Positions 46,470-64,000 of a stretch of DNA of 64,000 nt are shown here, one piece after another (position 1 is the stretch's first letter; each line of letters begins with the position of its first letter). The translations under genes were made by a program, and so were the position numbers. A model generated the notes under the pieces. The model made no database searches. It saw nothing but the letters and a program-made list of their open reading frames with translations, and had not been told where the DNA came from. The stretch is from Styela clava (taxonomy: Eukaryota), in assembly GCF_964204865.1 (NCBI RefSeq), contig NC_135260.1, positions 8,308,001 to 8,372,000 of the forward strand. The letters are read 5' to 3'.

Positions 46470-48719
46470 ATGGCAATGCGGAAGAAAATAAAAGATAATC
46501 ATCCACGTCAGGTGTTACTAGCTTTGAATGAATTTAGAGCATGGGATTCAATATGTGATTTTACAATTAAAGTTGAAAATGAAACATTCACTACTCATCG
46601 AGCTGTTTTGGCTTCATGTTCAAGCTATTTCAAAGATTTATTAACAAGTGGTGGCCCGGAAGTAAGAGAGGGAGGTGTGGAACTGACAGGAATTAGTGCT
46701 CGTGCTGCTCGAAGATGTATCGAGTTCATGTACTCTGGGGAAGCGATGATAACAATGGAAAGTGTCGACCATATTCTGATGGCGGCAGATTTTTTCAGAT
46801 TGCAAAATCTCACCCAATTGTGTATGGAATTTTTAGAGGGAAAGTTAGATGCTAAAACTTACTCTTACATAAAAGAAGTATCAGAAAAATACAACATGAC
46901 CCATTTGGGAGATAAAGTTGAAAAATTCATTAATGAAAATCTGGAGAGTGTTATTGAAACAGATAAATTCTTAACTCTCCCTAAAGATGGAGTAATAAAG
47001 TATCTTGCATCTCCAAATATTGGACATTCAGTTATATGGGCTGCTATTGCGGCATGGGTGAAATTTAGGCTAAACAAAAGGAAGACTCATTTGTTGGAAC
47101 TTCTGTCCTTAAATTTGGTGAATTGGCCGATTGATTATTTGCTTAATACTGTATGGAAAGATGATTTAGTTCGTCCATCTAATCCTTGCCAAAATTTGAT
47201 TATTGGTTTCATTTTCCGAGAAATGGATTTTTTCAAATCGTCAATCACAATCAATAATTGTTTTCTGCTGAGAGAATTATGTGATTCACATCGTCATAGC
47301 AATTCTACCAAAGCTCGAAATGAAGTTCGTCTTTTTATGATGCGTAATTTCGAAAAGATTGCTGATATGAATGAAATTTGTCAACTCTCGAAGGATGATA
47401 TTTTTGAAATTTTAAAAAACGGGAGAACTAGAACTGCTACTGAAATTGCAAAATGGGAAGTTGCTGTTCGATGGACAAAATTTGATATGCGGAAACGAAA
47501 AAAGTATTTTCCAGAGTTATTAGCTCTAATAAAACTTGAAAATACCTCAGCAGATTTTATTCAGGATGTTGTCAGAGCTGAACCACTCGTGCAGGATTCC
47601 AAACAATGCTTGGATATTATAATAGATGCTTTATATGTTCTATCAGATAAACCACAAATACCGAGCAATGTTGAAAGTAGAAAAAATATAAAAACGAAAC
47701 CAAAAAAGGTTGTAGCGTTTCCTGAATCAAGTTCTTCTGAAAGTTCACCCGAAAAATCTCAGCAAAATTCAAAGATAACAAAAAGAAAATTGTCAGATTC
47801 ACAGGCCAACTTTTCTGGCAATACTGAACCTAAGAGAATAAATCTGAATCCCACTACCAAAAAACATCAAGAAATAGCCCAAACTAGATTTTCTGACTCA
47901 TCGCAATCACCTATAGAAACTTCACTATTCGTCGCGGTTTACAACAAAAATTTAGGCAAAATAAATGGCTTCACTCCCAAACAAACTCAATGGAAGAACT
48001 TAGCCATCACAAAAGTTATGGTAAATGGTTATCAAGCCATTGTGAGTGTCAACTTCCAGCTTTACCTTTTGAAAAATAAAAATTTGTTTCTGTTAGACAT
48101 GAAAAATGGTTGGAAAAAGTTGGCTGAAAAAGAAATATCACCCTCTTTGACGTCAAAAATAGTTTCTTACGAAAATTCCATATTTGTTATTGAAAAAAAC
48201 AAAGTTTCAACATATGATACTGAATATGATTCTTGGGAAGAAATAAATCATATTAAAGTTGCTGATGAAAGTTTCTGCGTTTGTTCCACCACTCAATTTA
48301 TTTATATCCTTGGAGGAGAGCAATTTCCATCTAAGGCTAGAGTGTTTGATCCGCTTCAGCGTAACTTGAAAGACATCAATCAGATGACATTTGGAAGGCA
48401 AAATGCTACAGCTACTACATTAAAGGGAGATATATATGTTTTAGGGGGTATTCAAAATGGTACCAAAACTAATTCAGTTGAGTGTTACAATAGTACAATG
48501 GATACATGGATGAATATTCCCAACATGCAAGTGCAAAGGTCTGGATTTGCATCCTGCACCTTGAATGATCAAATTTATGTCCTTGGTGGCGATGTAACTG
48601 GAGACAGCTTTTGGTCTGTTGAAGTGTATGAGAAACATAATAAGAAATGGAAAATCTTTCACAGAATGTTAAAAATAGATGGCTCTTTCTCTGCTTGCAT
48701 TGTAGAAAATAATAAATAA
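46470..48719 (+). CDS. Kelch-like protein (BTB-BACK-BACK-linker-Kelch), intronless CDS, 749 aa
   Basis: Single ORF; BTB (CDFTIKV..HRAVLASCSSYF..FMYSGE), two BACK-like segments, Kelch blades (IYILGG, IYVLGG..SVECYN..W, IYVLGG..SVEVY..W). Confidence 0.93.
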   Translation: MAMRKKIKDNHPRQVLLALNEFRAWDSICDFTIKVENETFTTHRAVLASCSSYFKDLLTSGGPEVREGGVELTGISARAARRCIEFMYSGEAMITMESVDHILMAADFFRLQNLTQLCMEFLEGKLDAKTYSYIKEVSEKYNMTHLGDKVEKFINENLESVIETDKFLTLPKDGVIKYLASPNIGHSVIWAAIAAWVKFRLNKRKTHLLELLSLNLVNWPIDYLLNTVWKDDLVRPSNPCQNLIIGFIFREMDFFKSSITINNCFLLRELCDSHRHSNSTKARNEVRLFMMRNFEKIADMNEICQLSKDDIFEILKNGRTRTATEIAKWEVAVRWTKFDMRKRKKYFPELLALIKLENTSADFIQDVVRAEPLVQDSKQCLDIIIDALYVLSDKPQIPSNVESRKNIKTKPKKVVAFPESSSSESSPEKSQQNSKITKRKLSDSQANFSGNTEPKRINLNPTTKKHQEIAQTRFSDSSQSPIETSLFVAVYNKNLGKINGFTPKQTQWKNLAITKVMVNGYQAIVSVNFQLYLLKNKNLFLLDMKNGWKKLAEKEISPSLTSKIVSYENSIFVIEKNKVSTYDTEYDSWEEINHIKVADESFCVCSTTQFIYILGGEQFPSKARVFDPLQRNLKDINQMTFGRQNATATTLKGDIYVLGGIQNGTKTNSVECYNSTMDTWMNIPNMQVQRSGFASCTLNDQIYVLGGDVTGDSFWSVEVYEKHNKKWKIFHRMLKIDGSFSACIVENNK

Positions 48720-49039
48720 GTTTATTTTATTGTTATATATTAGCTTCGTTCCATTTTCAAATAGATTTTTATAACATACCATAATTCAATTACTGATTTT
48801 TATATTGGAAATATTTACATTTATTTGTTTTATGCCTTTGTCCAGCTATTAGTTTCTCATTCATTAAATCACATATAAAATTCCCTTATGTATTCTTAGA
48901 TTGGAACAATTGACATCATGTTTGATTTCCAATTTTTTTTTTCATCATGTGAATGTTATATTAATATAGTTTGAAAAAATTGAAAAGGTGATTATTTGTA
49001 AATTGATCATGTAAATTTTGTACTGTATTGCATCATATA

Positions 49040-49775
49040 TAGGGATGTAAGTTTCAGAATTTCGAATCGAAGCAGTTTGGGAAAAAACGGCTTGATTCTA
49101 TTTAAAAATATAATAATTTAGATAACACGAGGCGATTGCACGACGCAGCAGCGTTGTCTTATCATCGAACAAAAACGTTCATTTTCCCCAAGCTTGAAGC
49201 ATTCCCAAGTCGTAACACTCCGGGGGTTGTTATATTTCATATGGGTCGCCGCCTCAGAGAAAGATTGGTTTCGTTAAATTGTTTTTAGATTATTCAAAAT
49301 GTTATGAAGTTCTACCACTATGTTATTATATGAACATGTCTTTAAATTACTTAAGTTATATAATGTCATTATAACAACAATATTCCTCATTAAAACATAG
49401 GTTTGCGATGCTCCCCTTGTTATCATTTGCTTTCTTTAAAATCACGGCGCAAGCGGCACTATCGCATATTTAACTGACTTTTATCATTTGGATGAATTTT
49501 AGAAGAAACCATCACTATACGTCCGGTATTGTTTGCGAACATAAATTAATGTAATAAGTAAATATAACGGAGTGTAACTCTATATAGAAATAATACATAT
49601 TCTCTAATATATTATGTAGTTGAAGCATCAATTTAATGTTTTCTTCTACTAACTTCACTCATTTTTCAAGTTCATTATTGTTATTTAATCACACTTTGTG
49701 CTATAGTTCTTTCAAATCTAAGGAGAATTAACGATATTATACTAAATAGAATCAGATTCGAAACTTACATCCCTA
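49040..49775. mobile_element. hAT (Ac-like ends) MITE
   Basis: Perfect 16-bp TIR TAGGGATGTAAGTTTC / GAAACTTACATCCCTA; TSD ATCATATA (49032-49039, 49776-49783). Confidence 0.9.
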
Positions 49776-51295
49776 ATCATATATTACCAGTTACCACTAT
49801 AAAGAGATAAATCCAAGCCATTATGTAACGAGAATTCCTGTATCTACTTCTTCAAAAATGCAAAGAAAATTCTTTTTAAAATCTTATTTGATCCAGGAAA
49901 AATGAGAATGTTTAGCTATGCAACTAATTGATTTTGATTTAATTTCTGTAATATAATTCATATGCTATGTTTATAAAGTCGTTTACACTTTTTCTTGTGT
50001 GTCTAATCTCAAATCTAGCTGACAGTAGTGGGAGGTAGGCTTTCTTATTGATCCAGAAGTTGTTGAGATAGCTTAATTAAATTGTAATCGACCAGCCAGG
50101 CAACAATGATGAGTTCAGCTATCATAGTTCCCCACTCTGTCCAAACCTGCTAACAATATGATTACCAATCAGCCAATTGCAGAGCCTAAGTAAAACAGGG
50201 GATTGTGGGTATCGGATTTTTACAGTGACGATTCCAGAAAAAGGGTTTAAAAGTCATCACATCAATGTATAAGTCTTGTACTAATTTTCAGCAATGTGAG
50301 TGAAATAAAAGCGAGTAGATTGGTAATGGACATCAGGTAAATCCTTTCATTTATGCATGAAATCTACAATGCTAAATTAAGGTGTTGGAACAAGTATGTG
50401 TTTAAGCATTCAAGCTGAAGTGATTATCATTTCATAACCCCACCCTTTAATAATAATACTTCGCACAATATGCGTTATTTAAATACTTCTTGCAGTTAAC
50501 CATTAACTTGGTTAGCTGACTGTACAGTATACTACGCATTATCGCCCATCTATGAGGAGTGTGTATGCCCCACAACGTTAATCATTGATTCAGTTAATCT
50601 AACACGAACCAACGTTCCCTGCCAGGAAACACATGAAAACCAACAACCAATTTCTATGTTACCCAAGTGTATTTTGAAAATAAGAAAAAAATAATGTTGC
50701 TCATATTTTAGTCTAAGCTTGTGTGATGGTGTCTTGTGTGCTTCAATAGGAAACCATGAATCCAACAGCCAGTCGGCAAATAGGTAAATATTTAAAAATT
50801 TGCAGACTAGCACAAATCACCATTACATTTTTACAGTTAGAAGTGTTATAGCTGATATCATATCCTTGCAAAAACATTCTGATCACAATTTCGTTTATAA
50901 AATACTATTTTAAAATCCCAACACACTCCAAAAAATATTCTTTGCTGAGGTGATAAAAAAAATTCACCGAGCTATAAAAGTAATCACCAGTGGAATAATT
51001 TCAATACTGAGCTATTTAGTACGTTGTTGATATTGGGATTAGCATATTGCCTAAGAAAAAGGTTGTCAGACATCAAAAATAATGAAGAAATAAATATTAC
51101 ATATTTCAGACATCAGTGACCAATAAAATAGCTTACAGTATATACAAACATGTTGCTAAAATTGTACGTAAAAACAGTAATTGAAGTACAGCAGGATGAA
51201 ATAAATAAAATCAACACAAAGCTACATAAAAGACACTAAAACGATGCTGAAGACTTAGTAAAAGTAATTAAAACTAATGGTGTATAAGGCAGTAT

Positions 51296-55943
<4,648 letters not shown>

Positions 55944-56380
55944 AGTTTGATTTGGGTAGCTCAAAGCTGCAGCAAAATTATGTATAGTCTATTACACTAT
56001 TGTTACAATTGGGCTTAGCCTACTTATTGACTAATTTATATTACTCTAAAAAAATATGAGCTTATGTTCAGTTTTGTCTTTCCATGTTACAACCGCCACA
56101 GTCGTCAGAACTGCAGAATAAATTTTAGACTATTATGGCATGAGAATATCAAATAATAAACAACAATATCGCACTGCTGCACTGGAACTGATACAGTCAA
56201 CAGTGACGGTAGTCAGATCTGAAGGTAGTACCGGTATTGACCAATTGGTAGATGCAGAACTGAGGTATCGACAGCATAAAGACTAATATGAAATTTCCTT
56301 ACGAGTGGTTGCATTTATAAGCTTTCCTTACATGCTGACGAATGCGAAACTACGAAAAAAACTGCGGGAATTAACAGCGA

Positions 56381-56500
56381 TCGCGTGACCTGCAATACTT
56401 CACTGTAAGGGCCGAAGGGAGCGAAATTGAGCTGCTGCAGCGATAGACAAAGAGCAAATCAACAAAAACAAAGGCTCCGAGCAGCGTCCATCTGACGTCA
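56381..56500. promoter_or_regulatory. Candidate cathepsin L upstream elements: CLEAR/E-box-like site and perfect CRE
   Basis: TCGCGTGACC (56381-56390) and TGACGTCA (56493-56500) in a GC-richer patch upstream of the CTSL start; motif match only. Confidence 0.3.
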
Positions 56501-59500
56501 TGCAATCCCATGACTATGATTCACTCCAAACCAACGGCCTCAAACAGATCACGATAGACTACATCCGATATGGAACAAGGACCTATAAGAGGACTTATCG
56601 TTATGTTCGACATATTCAGAAGTACGGTATCGTACGGTATTATATCCCTGTCCCAATTATTACCGCTATCTCTAACGTTAACGCATACTATAAAAATAGT
56701 ATAAACTTACTTATAACTACAGACCACTTGTAACTACGATGAAAAACATATAACCCTGATATGTATTGGTTCAAATGTGCTTAGTATACGTAAGTGAAGA
56801 TGCCAACACTACATATCTATTGCGGTGCTTTTCTCTTTGTTCCACTTCTACAGAGAAACTATTGTTGAATAAATTTAGCATGATATTCCTTTCAACTGAC
56901 AGATCGAACGGCTCCCGTAAAGTAACGTCTTGTGTATCCCCAACTCAAATAAAATTATTGGTTAAAAATTATTCTGAACTTGAACTAGTTACTTATAAAT
57001 AGATACTTCTTAAAAAGTTGTGTCTTTCCTATAATTGCTGCTCAAATTCAGCAACAATGTGTTGATGACTGGATTATTCAATATGATTTCAAAAATAACT
57101 TAAATGTAGAACAAATGTTTGATTCAATTTGTTCGAATATTTCGCGAGGTTACCTATCACTAGAATTGGAAACGTACTAGGATTTACTATGCTTAGGTTA
57201 CAGACAGGCAGGCATTTAGAAAAAGCAGTTACTGTATCCGTAATCTCCGTATCAACACAGAATCTGCAACCTTCATTCCGTTCCAACAGATTTTAGTTTA
57301 ACACGAATAAGAATGATTCTACTCTGAATACCTACTGTACGTGAAGTACGGGAATTTATATATATTAGATCAAACGCATAACACTGCCGCTATAATTTTC
57401 AGTTGCATACGAGTTTCCAGCAGGTTTTATTGTCCCCTGGGGTGCCCACAAACAGCTTGAGCCTACGCACAGATGATGAACGATTGTCGCTCTTGTATCC
57501 CGTAATCCCCTTTCAAGTCACATCTGTTGTTTACGTAATTAGCGACCTATTGTGTTACTTTTTACTAGCGTACATGAAAGATAAAGATTTCACTTAAGGA
57601 GGGAGTGCAAGCGCTATTTCCTAAAATAATATTAATTGCAACAAAAGCTTAGTTCGCCGAAAATAAGGAATACGAACTTATCAAACATACCGCCCAGATG
57701 TATAATTAATAGTTATATTATTGTTACTGAATAAATTGTACAATAATACAGCGAAATGTTTACCAGCGGAAATAAGGACTTTCGAGTCCAGATTCTTTTT
57801 GAGATTTACGAGATGCAAAGGGGGCAAAAACAGTTTGAATTTCCATTATTTACCTCGAGTTATATATTATAGTATTGTATCGACCATTTTTTCAGTATCG
57901 GCTAAATCTAGACCGATATATTCAGCTTTTTGATCTTATCCAGTTTTAAAAAATAAGTTACGATACAGACGTTAACATTATTTTTTGCAGAATCTTGTTT
58001 GCGGTATTTGCCTCGTTAATCGGGAACAGGATGCTGACCTGTTTTTAGCTATTAACGGATTTATCTATTTCCGATGCGAAATTTTTATATTGACATTTTC
58101 AATATTTCATACATATAGAAATATATCAATTGAATATTAATGAATTTTCCAATGTGTGAAATACAAAATACGACGTTACATTGGCACAAAATCCTGCGTA
58201 CGCAACTCAATGTATCAGCTTGATAGGATAAGTAAACATTTACTTATTTTACCATAGTATCATCCATAGCAACCAAACTCTATGATTTTTCTAATTGAAC
58301 ACCGAGATTACTAGCGTCGGCGCACAAGGCATCTGAATCAACCAAAGCATCTGGATCACAAACCTCAAATCCGCATTATCTGGAATATCTTTTTTTCAAG
58401 CTGGAAATATGTGCACGATGAATAATGCTCACAGACCGACTATTGTTTTAATCCGTCTGCCTTGCACACTTCAGTTTCAGTACTAAAAATAGCTTCCAGC
58501 TTTTAAAGCTAGAAGCTTTTAAATCTAGAACCATGTTTCTAACTTTCCTTATTAAACGTAACGTGGTAACACATTTCTTTGTGAATTCATATATCTGTTC
58601 GCCATAAATTTGCACTGTTCTGTAACAATGTTGACTATATCATTTTGTGTTAAAATTGCATATATCATCACAGTATGATAAATATAAGGCATTCAAGTCT
58701 CTTTTTCATATACGACCGACAGAGATTGCGTCTACCATTATACAATTACGTTTAAGGTTTCACAGGTTGCTCGTAAAATTATACAACCAAACAATTGATA
58801 TATATTCTTCAGGGCAGGCTCAGGACGACGGTCCTATGGTCGACCACTGGGTTGGAGTCTTTTGGAACAAGCCGTATGTATACGTTTCGTAGTTTCCATT
58901 ATTGACCGAGAAATTTATACATTTGAATCACTCAAAAACATTAACATAAATTATTATGTCTAATGTCTAATTATGATGATGTCTAATTAGAATTAGATGC
59001 AGCGATATTGATTCGCCTTCTGGCAATTGGCATGCCCATATCACACGGGAAAAAATAAAACTGTCTATGAAATTTTGTTATTGTATTAAATTTGAAATAT
59101 TTGTCATTTGACAGCAGGCGCCACGAGTGTATGAGTGCATCCTTCGCAGAAAACGCTGCTTTCCGGTATAGAATTTTAGCCTACTTTATCACAGCTATTT
59201 CTAGACAATTTTTGATTACTGCGATTAAACTATAACTTCTAAGAAGGCAAAATGATGATTCACTTTTTTGCTTCATACTTAAATTTCTGAATTCCGACCA
59301 GAAACTAACGAATAGCATTCCAATTCGCGAAAACGAGATATTATTTGAAACCATTGCTGAAAATCTGTGCGAATGACAAAAGTGTCTGAGCGGATGCGAA
59401 AAGGCATATTGTTACGTGACATTTCGCATGTTGCTGATTGGCCAATGTTACAAAATAAACAAGGTAGTCGATGCTTGAAGAAACATACATTGGAAAAAAA

Positions 59501-59519
59501 GCGCTATTATTATTTTGTG

Positions 59520-59589
59520 TTATTGCGGGTCGGATGAAAGGACGCCACGGGCCAGATCCGGCCCGCAGGCCGTAGTTTGGTGACCCCTG
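59520..59589. mobile_element. One end of a hAT Charlie-type MITE
   Basis: GGGCCAGATCCGGCCCGCAGGCCGTAGTTTGGTGACCCCTG, same family ends as 4050 and 7283; other end not located. Confidence 0.6.
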
Positions 59590-62500
59590 GCTCAAGCGAA
59601 TAAACATTACTATCGTGGCATAGGTATTTTGCAAAAAGTATTAATTAATTTTTTCATGTTAGCATGGGTTCGCTTTAGAAAATGTATATTGTCCAATGTC
59701 CATACCATTTGACTTCTCTTTTTCAGTTGGTAATAAACCGACGTTTCTGTGAGTTATGCTAACGTGGATGATATAAAGGTAAAAATGGTGGCTTGTTTTC
59801 TCAATTGTGGCACATTTATTCGATTTATTATTGAACTAAATACCGGTTAGAAATTTATGTATTGTGTGAATATGTTGTTTTGTCTGAATGGTTGTGCATA
59901 AGAACCGACCAATGGAGTAGTCCACATCTACCGAGCACCTCGCGAATCTTTATCAATATCGGCATACAATAATATATATATGGGATAGGAGAATATATTA
60001 CAGGGTAAAAAATATAACTTTGATTGACGCTTTGCACAAATGTTATATTCTCTCAATAATATGCCTCAAAAGACCTGGGCTCTGTTTTGGCGTGGGTCGC
60101 TTTGTAAGAAAAACATTTTGATATCGATCGACCAGTACTAGAACGAACGTCACTCGCCTAATTGTGCCAATACCATATGTGGAAAGTGTAGAATTAAGCA
60201 TCACACCTTCAAAAAATTATGCAGCACGTAGTAATTGACTAAACCATGTTTATATAAATTGTATGCGGTTTGTTTACGTGTTCATTGCAAATGATTGTGT
60301 CCCCGCCTCTATTGTATCATAGATCATATTGTGCAAAATTTGCTTTTATTGATATGCCGCTTCACAGCAGAAGACGAAGAGTCGCTCCTCTTTTTGTCGT
60401 CACAAGAGGAATTCACAGCGTAGCTGATTTGGATAGCAGCATTGAAGACAGATTTCAGAATGAAGATTACGTTCGCGCCGATCAAGGTACGTTTATTCCC
60501 ATTGAATTTTCATTAAGATTGTGTTATGTAATATAACTCGAGGAGCAAATATAATCATTTATGCGATAAATATCTTTCGAAAACTTATGAATGTACATAC
60601 CACGGAAAGTAATGAAAATATTTTACACTCTCATTCATGTATTTACATTGTGCCAGTTTGATCACAAATAATATTCGTTTCACGACGTAAGTTAGAATTG
60701 GTGTGCCTTAATGAACATAAGATGCTAAAACAGATTGAGTCAGCATCATAGTAACGTGAGTTTCGCATAGCTCAGATATTTCAATCTACGGTACAGTTTC
60801 AAGAATTTTTCTAGTGGTCTTTCGAAGCAAAATTAACCTTAATTATTATTACCATGTGATGGTGCTTGAAACTGGCGTAGTTTTGTGCACCAGGACTATG
60901 ATATATTTCTCGTCATATGTTCAAAGGTTTCTTCCCGATATGATGAGGATCTTGGGACGTCATATATCATAAAATGTTTGACGGTTTCGATTTCCAAGCA
61001 AAGTCCAATGCCGTGGCAGAAAATTTTGTGTAGATGATAGTTTAAACGACATGGTCTGTTTGTAGTCCGAATAAGATTATTTCATATCTTCGAGATAATT
61101 TGCAGGAAAAGTGATCTTTAACAGATGAGGAGAATAATTTGTAATTATCTAGTGCGATATACTAATTATTTCCATTCATGTCGCACTTTGACTTGATAAT
61201 CGACTTTCTCAAATTCTTAAGGTAATTAAAAATTAAAACTTGCTTCAATGTACGTCATCCGATTCGTCGATAATAAGTGTTGCCTTTCCTTGCATCAAAA
61301 CACAGAATATCATGTCTATGGGAAATTTTATGCTTGAAACTATTTGTATAGTAAATAGCACATTATCGAAATTTAATTGACGTTTAGCAGAAAAACAAAA
61401 GAATGATTCCCCTATGTAGGTATGTGTTTCAATACAAGGTCGCGTGCCCTATAAGGTGTAAACCCACGTATGGGAGGATTACAAGAAATAATTGGCTGAC
61501 TAATGAAAAGATGAATATTTATCGTTGTAATAGGATATTCGCCGATAAATATCGATTAATCCCAGACTTGATTCCCATGCATCTACATGGCACTGCAAAT
61601 AGCTGGGCTAAAATAAATACATTGAGTTAAAACTAGTGTGAAAAACTCGAACAAACAAGCTATTTGTAAATATTTATGAAATAAACAATGTGATCTTATG
61701 ATAGATTTTAAAAGCTTCGAACAATGTGAATAATAAAATTGACTTAAGCATCACTACGTAAAGGCGGGCGACTGTAAAGTCGAACACAAAAAAGAGATGG
61801 TCACTCTGAATATAATTTTTGTAGAATTTGTCAAGATATTATTTGTAAACACTTGTTCGTATAAATAGGACGTTCGGGTCATCAACCATTTTTACGACTA
61901 GGGGGCTTGAGGCAAATATTTAATCTTGATATTTTATGGAAAGTAAACACTTTTATTATTTGTCTTGATTTGAGAAAATGTATACTTAAATATAGTGTAG
62001 ATACATGGTAAAAATCCTAATAAATGTCAGTAAAAACAGGCGAATGCAACAATGTATTTATAGAAAATGTAACAACGATTGAAACAATAAATCAACAGAA
62101 GCATATGGTATTCTACTACCATTTACTGTGGTAGCTTCTCGGAAAGCGGGTCTGTGTTTGCTATATACGTTTCAGATCGTTTTTAGTAGCTTATTTATGT
62201 TTTACTGTATGTTCTTTAAACAAGTCAAATCTGTCCTATTATATTTTCCTTGTACAAAATTGAGTGAATTCCGACGCACCCTTCCCGCAGATGGACTTGA
62301 TGGAAACATATTACAACCATAAGTACAACACAACAGGCACATAGGGAAGAAAATGAAAAATTACCGCCGTTTTGAAGATCAAAACCTCAAGTATAGAATG
62401 AATAAAATAAAATTCAATATCAATAACGATATAAAATTTCTCATGATATTTTCTTTAAAAGTAAACTTCCATTTGTATGCTCTTCGATATGAAGTATAGC

Positions 62501-64000
62501 GGCAGTGAACAATCCTCTTTTTTGTTTTCCTAATTAAAATATTGTGCTTGACTTATTTACAAGTAATATTGGCGACCGCATTTTATCACTGTGGGTAGCA
62601 ATAAAGCAAACAAATACCGTACCTAATTAAAAGCAATTAAAATACTTGTTTTCAATACAGCAACAACACTGATCCAGATGTTGTTCACAGAAGGCGAACC
62701 GATAAGACCATCATGAACTCTACACTCAATTTAGCATATATATCAATATATTAATTCAGTTTGAAGTTATTCAATTGTAGTTTCATTGGTATTTTGTGGG
62801 ATTATTAATATATTTTCATTAACCTAATTGTAAATAATATAGAATTGATTTATTAAATCACCCAATGGCAATTCCCCAGCATCATTGATGGAGGAATAAC
62901 ATTCAGCTAGTGACTGGCAGGATTCGATTTGTTATGTTTAATTATGTAGTTTTTTTAGTCTCCAAAAACTCTGAGAACGCCAAATAAAATATCAATTGGA
63001 AATTAATTTCGTCTGTGCGCCTGATTTAGCCAAAGCTCCGCCATGTTTATTGATTCATATATTGTAGTATTGAATAATACGGTCAACATGTCTTCCTCGT
63101 TCTCATTGATGACGCTCTATCGTTCGTGGAAATGATAATATTTTGTTGAATGGAATACTCATAAAAATGAATGTCTTCATTTCTCAAGATAAAAACTATT
63201 TGATAAAATAACAAAAGTGTTTTTGAGAATGTTATTTCCAAAAAAATTCTTGGTCGCTTTTGTGGTTTTCTTTTAATTTCATAATGGCGTTTTGGACCTC
63301 TTTCCTAACTTCTATTTCATTTGGATCGCTGTCATACCCTTCATGTTTTCCGCGCCTCGATCGAATCGGCGCGTCATGGATTTTTGGAATTGAAATTGAT
63401 ATCAGTCAAATTTTTAAAACTTGTAATTGTATGTCTATAAAATTGTAGTCGACCAACGCTGGCGCAGATCTAAATTCTTCGAAGTACACGCAATTTATCC
63501 TCGAGCCTCGCGCATTTACGTATCATCAGTGTTTGTCGGGGTGTTTGACGTATTTTGAGATCCCTATCAATGTTGAAGTTTGTTTTTAAAGCGCTCAATT
63601 AGTTAGGTAAAGCGTATTTATCGAAATATCTCACCAATTGTGCTAAATTCTGATACAGTCGCGTCGAACGTTATTTATATCGGATATTTTACAGAATGAT
63701 GTCGTTTTGGTCGTACAGATACGCCAGGTCAGCTGATGTATTCAATATTAGGACAGAAGTAATGAGAACCGACCGGTATTCTTATCTTACCAAAGAAAAT
63801 TGTGGTTATATTTTTTTTTCTCAAGTCGTAGCTTCCATGGGTATAAATACGAGAGAGATTCTAAAAAAAAATCCACTACAGCTTATTAGATGTCGCGCAG
63901 AGCAGGGACATGTCAGTCAGGGCGGCGAGGCCGCCACCTTAGCTTAAACCAGTTTCATACTTTTCATTTTAAATAATAATTTCAATTTTACTGAACTTTG

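Noticed and set aside
50100-50200. Box C-like ATGATGA suggesting a snoRNA
   Set aside because: No box D (CTGA) with terminal stem at a suitable distance, and the location is intergenic.
63150-63400. Possible LINE RT-linker relic (EVQNAIMKLKENHKS) on - strand
   Set aside because: Single weak motif with no downstream RT motifs recognisable.

Overview
AT-rich eukaryotic (animal) genomic DNA with compact GT-AG introns and dense small transposons; gene families and architecture suggest an ascidian/tunicate (inference, not provable here). I assembled seven protein-coding genes by hand with frame-consistent splice junctions: a tail-anchored Sulfotransfer_4-like sulfotransferase (-, 4 exons), a small secreted IL-17-like cystine-knot protein that the ORF track captures only in part (+, 4 exons, 116 aa), a MYORG-like GH31 glycosidase (-, 12 exons), a 147-aa orphan with coiled coil, PxxP and YDEV motifs (-, 3 exons), a METTL27-like methyltransferase (+, 5 exons), an intronless BTB-BACK-BACK-Kelch gene (+) and cathepsin L (-, 7 exons). 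Mobile DNA includes a near-intact 3-kb hAT transposon with TIRs and TSD, more than a dozen hAT MITEs, DINE-1/HINE-like Helentron derivatives, a Mutator-like MITE, a decayed Tc1/mariner that captured a host exon-intron fragment, a 5'-truncated LINE and a tRNA-derived SINE. Most interesting: the miniature IL-17-like cytokine with a polybasic tail and kB/TATA-like promoter, the orphan YDEV adaptor-like protein, splice acceptors 17-25 nt before five start codons (possible SL trans-splicing), and several TE-driven rearrangements. The last ~7 kb (57-64 kb) could not be confidently annotated.
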